Virus record (IMG/VR): IMGVR_UViG_3300036715_001290
Coordinates: 1-64,000 of that record
Origin: a virus
Reading direction: 5' to 3' (one strand)
DNA length: 64,000 bases
Part shown: positions 60,611-64,000 of the stretch, piece by piece
Layout: every line of letters begins with the position of its first letter
Position numbering within the stretch: the stretch's first letter is position 1
Made by a program: the position numbers and the translations under genes
The notes under the pieces: model-generated
Databases searched by the model: none
Told to the model about the DNA's origin: nothing
The model's input: only the letters and a program-made list of their open reading frames with translations

Positions 60611-60619
60611 ATATTTATA
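60611..60619 (+). promoter_or_regulatory. Putative late promoter ATATTTATA
   Basis: 28 nt before ATG 60648. Confidence 0.55.
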
Positions 60620-60647
60620 AATAGACACATCAAACAAGGATATATAA

Positions 60648-60923
60648 ATGAAATTAACACAAGTTATACATAAAAGTCAATTAATAACTGAAGGATTATT
60701 GTCTAATTTTATTAGTAATCTTTTCTTTAAGGTTAATGGTAAAAGATTAGAAAAGGATTTAGCATCTTCCGATTTAGCATTGAAATATCCTGATGAAACT
60801 AAAAAGTTATTAGCATCAACAAAGAAATTACAAAGTGTTTTTGATACTTATAAAAATGAAATTGCAGCTGACCCAAAATTAGCAGAATTAGTAAGTAAGT
60901 TATCAAAAAAATGGGAAATATAA
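60648..60923 (+). CDS. Putative capsid internal protein
   Basis: N-terminus MKLTQVIHKSQLITEG. Confidence 0.55.
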   Translation: MKLTQVIHKSQLITEGLLSNFISNLFFKVNGKRLEKDLASSDLALKYPDETKKLLASTKKLQSVFDTYKNEIAADPKLAELVSKLSKKWEI

Positions 60924-60926
60924 TAA

Positions 60927-63203
60927 ATGGCCGCAACTACAGATCCACAAGAAATTAATGAGTTTGAAAAAAGCATAGGTGGGTTTACTGATACTTTAGT
61001 TAACTTAATGTCTGAACTTCATGATTCTTTTAATGAGGATACGTTTGAAGAGTTAGTTGAAACACAAAAAGAATTAGCTAATATGTTAAAAGAAGCAGGA
61101 CCTGCATTACATAGCCCAGGTGGTAAATCATCTAGTGCATTGGCAGTTGGTAGTATAGCAGAAATACAAATTGATATATTAAAAGCACAAAAAGAAATAG
61201 CAGATAAAATTGATTTATCAGGTATAGATAAATTCTTTGGTTTAATTGAAAAAATCCCAGGTGGTAAATTTTTACATAATCTTTTAGGATTAGATACTAT
61301 ATCAAATGATATAAAGAAAAATATAAGAGATGAATTTATAAATTCAATGAAAACTGTTAATGGTAAAGTACAAACCGATTTAGTTGGTGGTTTTAGCAAA
61401 GGTATATCAATAATAGGTTCAGGTATTAAAGGTGTTTTCAGTTCACTTATGTTAAATCCTTGGTTAATAGCTATAGGTGTATTAGGTGCCGCTTTTGTTT
61501 ATCTTGAAAAGAAACAAAGTGCTGCTAATGATTTCATGAAAACAACTGGACTTACATTAGGTAATATTAGTAGAACCCGTGGGGATGTTGAAGACTTAAC
61601 TATTAAATATGCAAAAATGGGTGTAAGTGGCGATGAAATATATGCATCAGCCGAAGGTTTATATAATGCATTTGGTAATATAAATTCGGCATCTAAAGAT
61701 ATGTTAGAATCTATGTTAACAATGAATGTACAATGGGGAATAACAACATCGGCAGCATCTTCATTTGCATCATCAATAAAATCATTTGGTAATATAGATG
61801 ATAAAAAAATTGGTGCATTAGGTCGTTCAATGGCAAAAGGTGTTGAGCTTATGGGTATGTCACCTGATGCCGTATTTAAGGATATGGAACAACATTCAGA
61901 AGCAATTGAAAAATATTTTTATAAATTTGGAACATCGGCAACAAAAGCAATGTTAGATATTTATAAAATGGGTGTTGGAATGGGACAAATGGAAAAATCT
62001 ATTAGTCATGTTCTAGATTTTGAACAATCAATTTCAGATGAAATGGAAGCATCGGCAATATTAAATCGTAATATTGATTTAGGTGCTGCACGTAGAGCCG
62101 CATTTGAAGGTGATACTGTAACCGCAATGAAAGAGATAACAAATCAATTAGGTAACCAATCCGATTTTAATAAATTAAACATATATCAAAGAGAAGCTTT
62201 AGCTAAAGCAACTGGAATGAGTGTTAAAGATATTAATGAAATGTACAAAAAACAGGATGCTATGAATAAAATGGATTCTGTTAAACGTGCACAATTGGAA
62301 GCTATTAATAAACAATTGGAAAATGCTAATAATTTAACAGGTGAAGAAGAATTAACCAATAAAAGAAATGAATTATCATTGGCATCATTAAAACATACAA
62401 TGGAAGGTTTATTAACTGTTATTGCTCAATTAATTGCACCTATAGCGGCTGGATTAGAATGGGTTATGAATGCATTCGATAGTATTACTGGTAGTGTTGG
62501 CGGTGCAACATCAATGTTAGGTGGTTTTGTTAGATCACTTAGTATACTTGGTGTTATAGCAGCTGCAACATTTGCAACTGTTTGGTTATATAGAAAAGCA
62601 GGTGGTGTATTTGGAATGTTATTTCCTAAAGGCTCTATAGAAGCACCTTTAGTTGAAACTGAAAGGGCAGTATCAGCTACACTCCCAGGTATAGGTAGAG
62701 CGATCGCAGGTTTTCTATCAGCATTAGCTAATCCTGAAATATGGTTAGGTATTGCTGCATTAGGTGCTATAATGGGAATATTAGTATTATCTGTTATTGG
62801 TTTAGCATATGCATTAAATTTAGCAGCACCTGGGTTTATAGCAATTGGTACTGCAATTCAATTATCATTAATTGGTTTGGGTGCATTCTTTGCGGAAATT
62901 ACAATTGAAAGAGCAGCTGCTCTTTGGGTTATGGTTCCTGCATTGTATGCATTAGCTGGTGCATTAGCTGCCGTTGGTGTTGCTAGCTTATTAATACCTA
63001 AAGATCTTATATCAAAAATATCAGTTAATCATGAAGTATCAAATAAACAAACTGAAACAAAAACCGAAGATTCTTTAGATACTAAAATTGGAAAGATATT
63101 AGATGAAAAATTTGATAAATTTCTAAATGCTTTAAATTCAATGGCGGTTAATATGGATGGACAAAAAGTCGGTCGTGTTATTGCCGCAGGTATTAAAAAA
63201 TAA
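60927..63203 (+). CDS. Tail tape measure protein
   Basis: 758-aa Ala/Gly-rich helical protein with hydrophobic segments; QREALAKATG; VNMDGQKVG C-terminus; follows the chaperones. Confidence 0.85.
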   Translation: MAATTDPQEINEFEKSIGGFTDTLVNLMSELHDSFNEDTFEELVETQKELANMLKEAGPALHSPGGKSSSALAVGSIAEIQIDILKAQKEIADKIDLSGIDKFFGLIEKIPGGKFLHNLLGLDTISNDIKKNIRDEFINSMKTVNGKVQTDLVGGFSKGISIIGSGIKGVFSSLMLNPWLIAIGVLGAAFVYLEKKQSAANDFMKTTGLTLGNISRTRGDVEDLTIKYAKMGVSGDEIYASAEGLYNAFGNINSASKDMLESMLTMNVQWGITTSAASSFASSIKSFGNIDDKKIGALGRSMAKGVELMGMSPDAVFKDMEQHSEAIEKYFYKFGTSATKAMLDIYKMGVGMGQMEKSISHVLDFEQSISDEMEASAILNRNIDLGAARRAAFEGDTVTAMKEITNQLGNQSDFNKLNIYQREALAKATGMSVKDINEMYKKQDAMNKMDSVKRAQLEAINKQLENANNLTGEEELTNKRNELSLASLKHTMEGLLTVIAQLIAPIAAGLEWVMNAFDSITGSVGGATSMLGGFVRSLSILGVIAAATFATVWLYRKAGGVFGMLFPKGSIEAPLVETERAVSATLPGIGRAIAGFLSALANPEIWLGIAALGAIMGILVLSVIGLAYALNLAAPGFIAIGTAIQLSLIGLGAFFAEITIERAAALWVMVPALYALAGALAAVGVASLLIPKDLISKISVNHEVSNKQTETKTEDSLDTKIGKILDEKFDKFLNALNSMAVNMDGQKVGRVIAAGIKK

Positions 63204-63210
63204 GGTATAA

Positions 63211-64000
63211 ATGAATACAGAATTAGGATATAAAAAAGTTACATTTAACTTAGGTAATAATGTTTCAAATTTATTATATAAACCTTATGTTATAACAAAT
63301 GTTGGTGTAACTAAACAAGGTTTTCAAATTTATCATGGTAGTGATTTATCAATTGATAAAGAAGTTAATAAAACTGCAGTTGATAAAGCTATGAAAATAT
63401 TATCAGGTGTTAGTTCAGCAACAGGAGCAGCATTATCATTATTAAATAGTAAATTCATATCAGGATTTATTCCTAATGGAGTATTATCAAATGGTGCATC
63501 ATTCTTAGGTGCATTAAATACAGCTACAAGTGTTGGTGGTGTTGCACTACGTGCAGGTAATAACCTAAAGAATATGAATTTAAGTAAAATGAATATTAGT
63601 AACGCTGCACAAAAATTGAATACTGCATTTGGTGCTATAGGTGGAGCTGTTACAAAAATTGGCGGATTATTAGGATATAATTTTAATCCACAATCATTTA
63701 GTTCATTACCAAGTAGTTTAGATGGTAGACCATCAGATGGATGGATAATATCTAATAACACTCCAGTATACATTTATTTGAAAGATAATAAAATATTATT
63801 TGCATCATCAGGTGGTGATACTGATAAAATGCCAAGTGATTTTTCACAGTTATTGTATACACCAAATAACACAATATATTACTATCCTATTGAATTAGCA
63901 TCATCAACAACATATGAAACTGATATTAATAATTATATTAATACGTTTTATGAATTGGCATATAGGAACAAATATAATCCATATCCTATAGCATCAACAT
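63211..64000 (+). CDS. Partial tail/baseplate protein running off the window end
   Basis: AAGG RBS, ATG 63211, frame appears open to the window edge. Confidence 0.6.
   Translation, partial: MNTELGYKKVTFNLGNNVSNLLYKPYVITNVGVTKQGFQIYHGSDLSIDKEVNKTAVDKAMKILSGVSSATGAALSLLNSKFISGFIPNGVLSNGASFLGALNTATSVGGVALRAGNNLKNMNLSKMNISNAAQKLNTAFGAIGGAVTKIGGLLGYNFNPQSFSSLPSSLDGRPSDGWIISNNTPVYIYLKDNKILFASSGGDTDKMPSDFSQLLYTPNNTIYYYPIELASSTTYETDINNYINTFYELAYRNKYNPYPIAST

Overview
The window is a very AT-rich 64 kb segment of a large T4-like (contractile-tailed) bacteriophage genome. All credible genes lie on the + strand. It holds nearly the whole morphogenesis region: baseplate gp5-/gp25-/gp6-like genes, terminase large subunit, portal, prohead protease, scaffold, major capsid protein, neck gp13/gp14, tail terminator, sheath, tube, gp26/gp51-like chaperone and tape measure. 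It also holds a gp55-like late sigma factor, a replication island (resolvase-like nuclease, primase, Mre11-Rad50 fusion), a holin/CHAP endolysin pair and host-derived genes (peptide deformylase, ribosomal protein bS21, RelA/SpoT-type HD hydrolase). A Bacteroidota-like host is suggested by domain content only. Things the ORF track misses: (i) about eight small proteins and enzymes carry N-terminal L-x-E prohead-protease sites and look like capsid-packaged, injected cargo; they include an alarmone hydrolase and a nucleotidyltransferase-ligase polyprotein that apparently starts at ATT; (ii) a GC-rich intergenic array of four bulged UU(C/A)G hairpins plus two further structured intergenic elements; (iii) a +1/-2 programmed frameshift signal in the tail chaperone; (iv) a late promoter, ATATTTATA, that is the reverse complement of the T4 late promoter; (v) an apparent enrichment of an (S/T)-(G/A/S)-S tripeptide in surface-exposed virion segments; (vi) an RcGTA-like head-spike base followed by modular adhesin fibres; (vii) two genes broken at homopolymer runs. 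All calls come from motif recognition by eye; no database searches were run.
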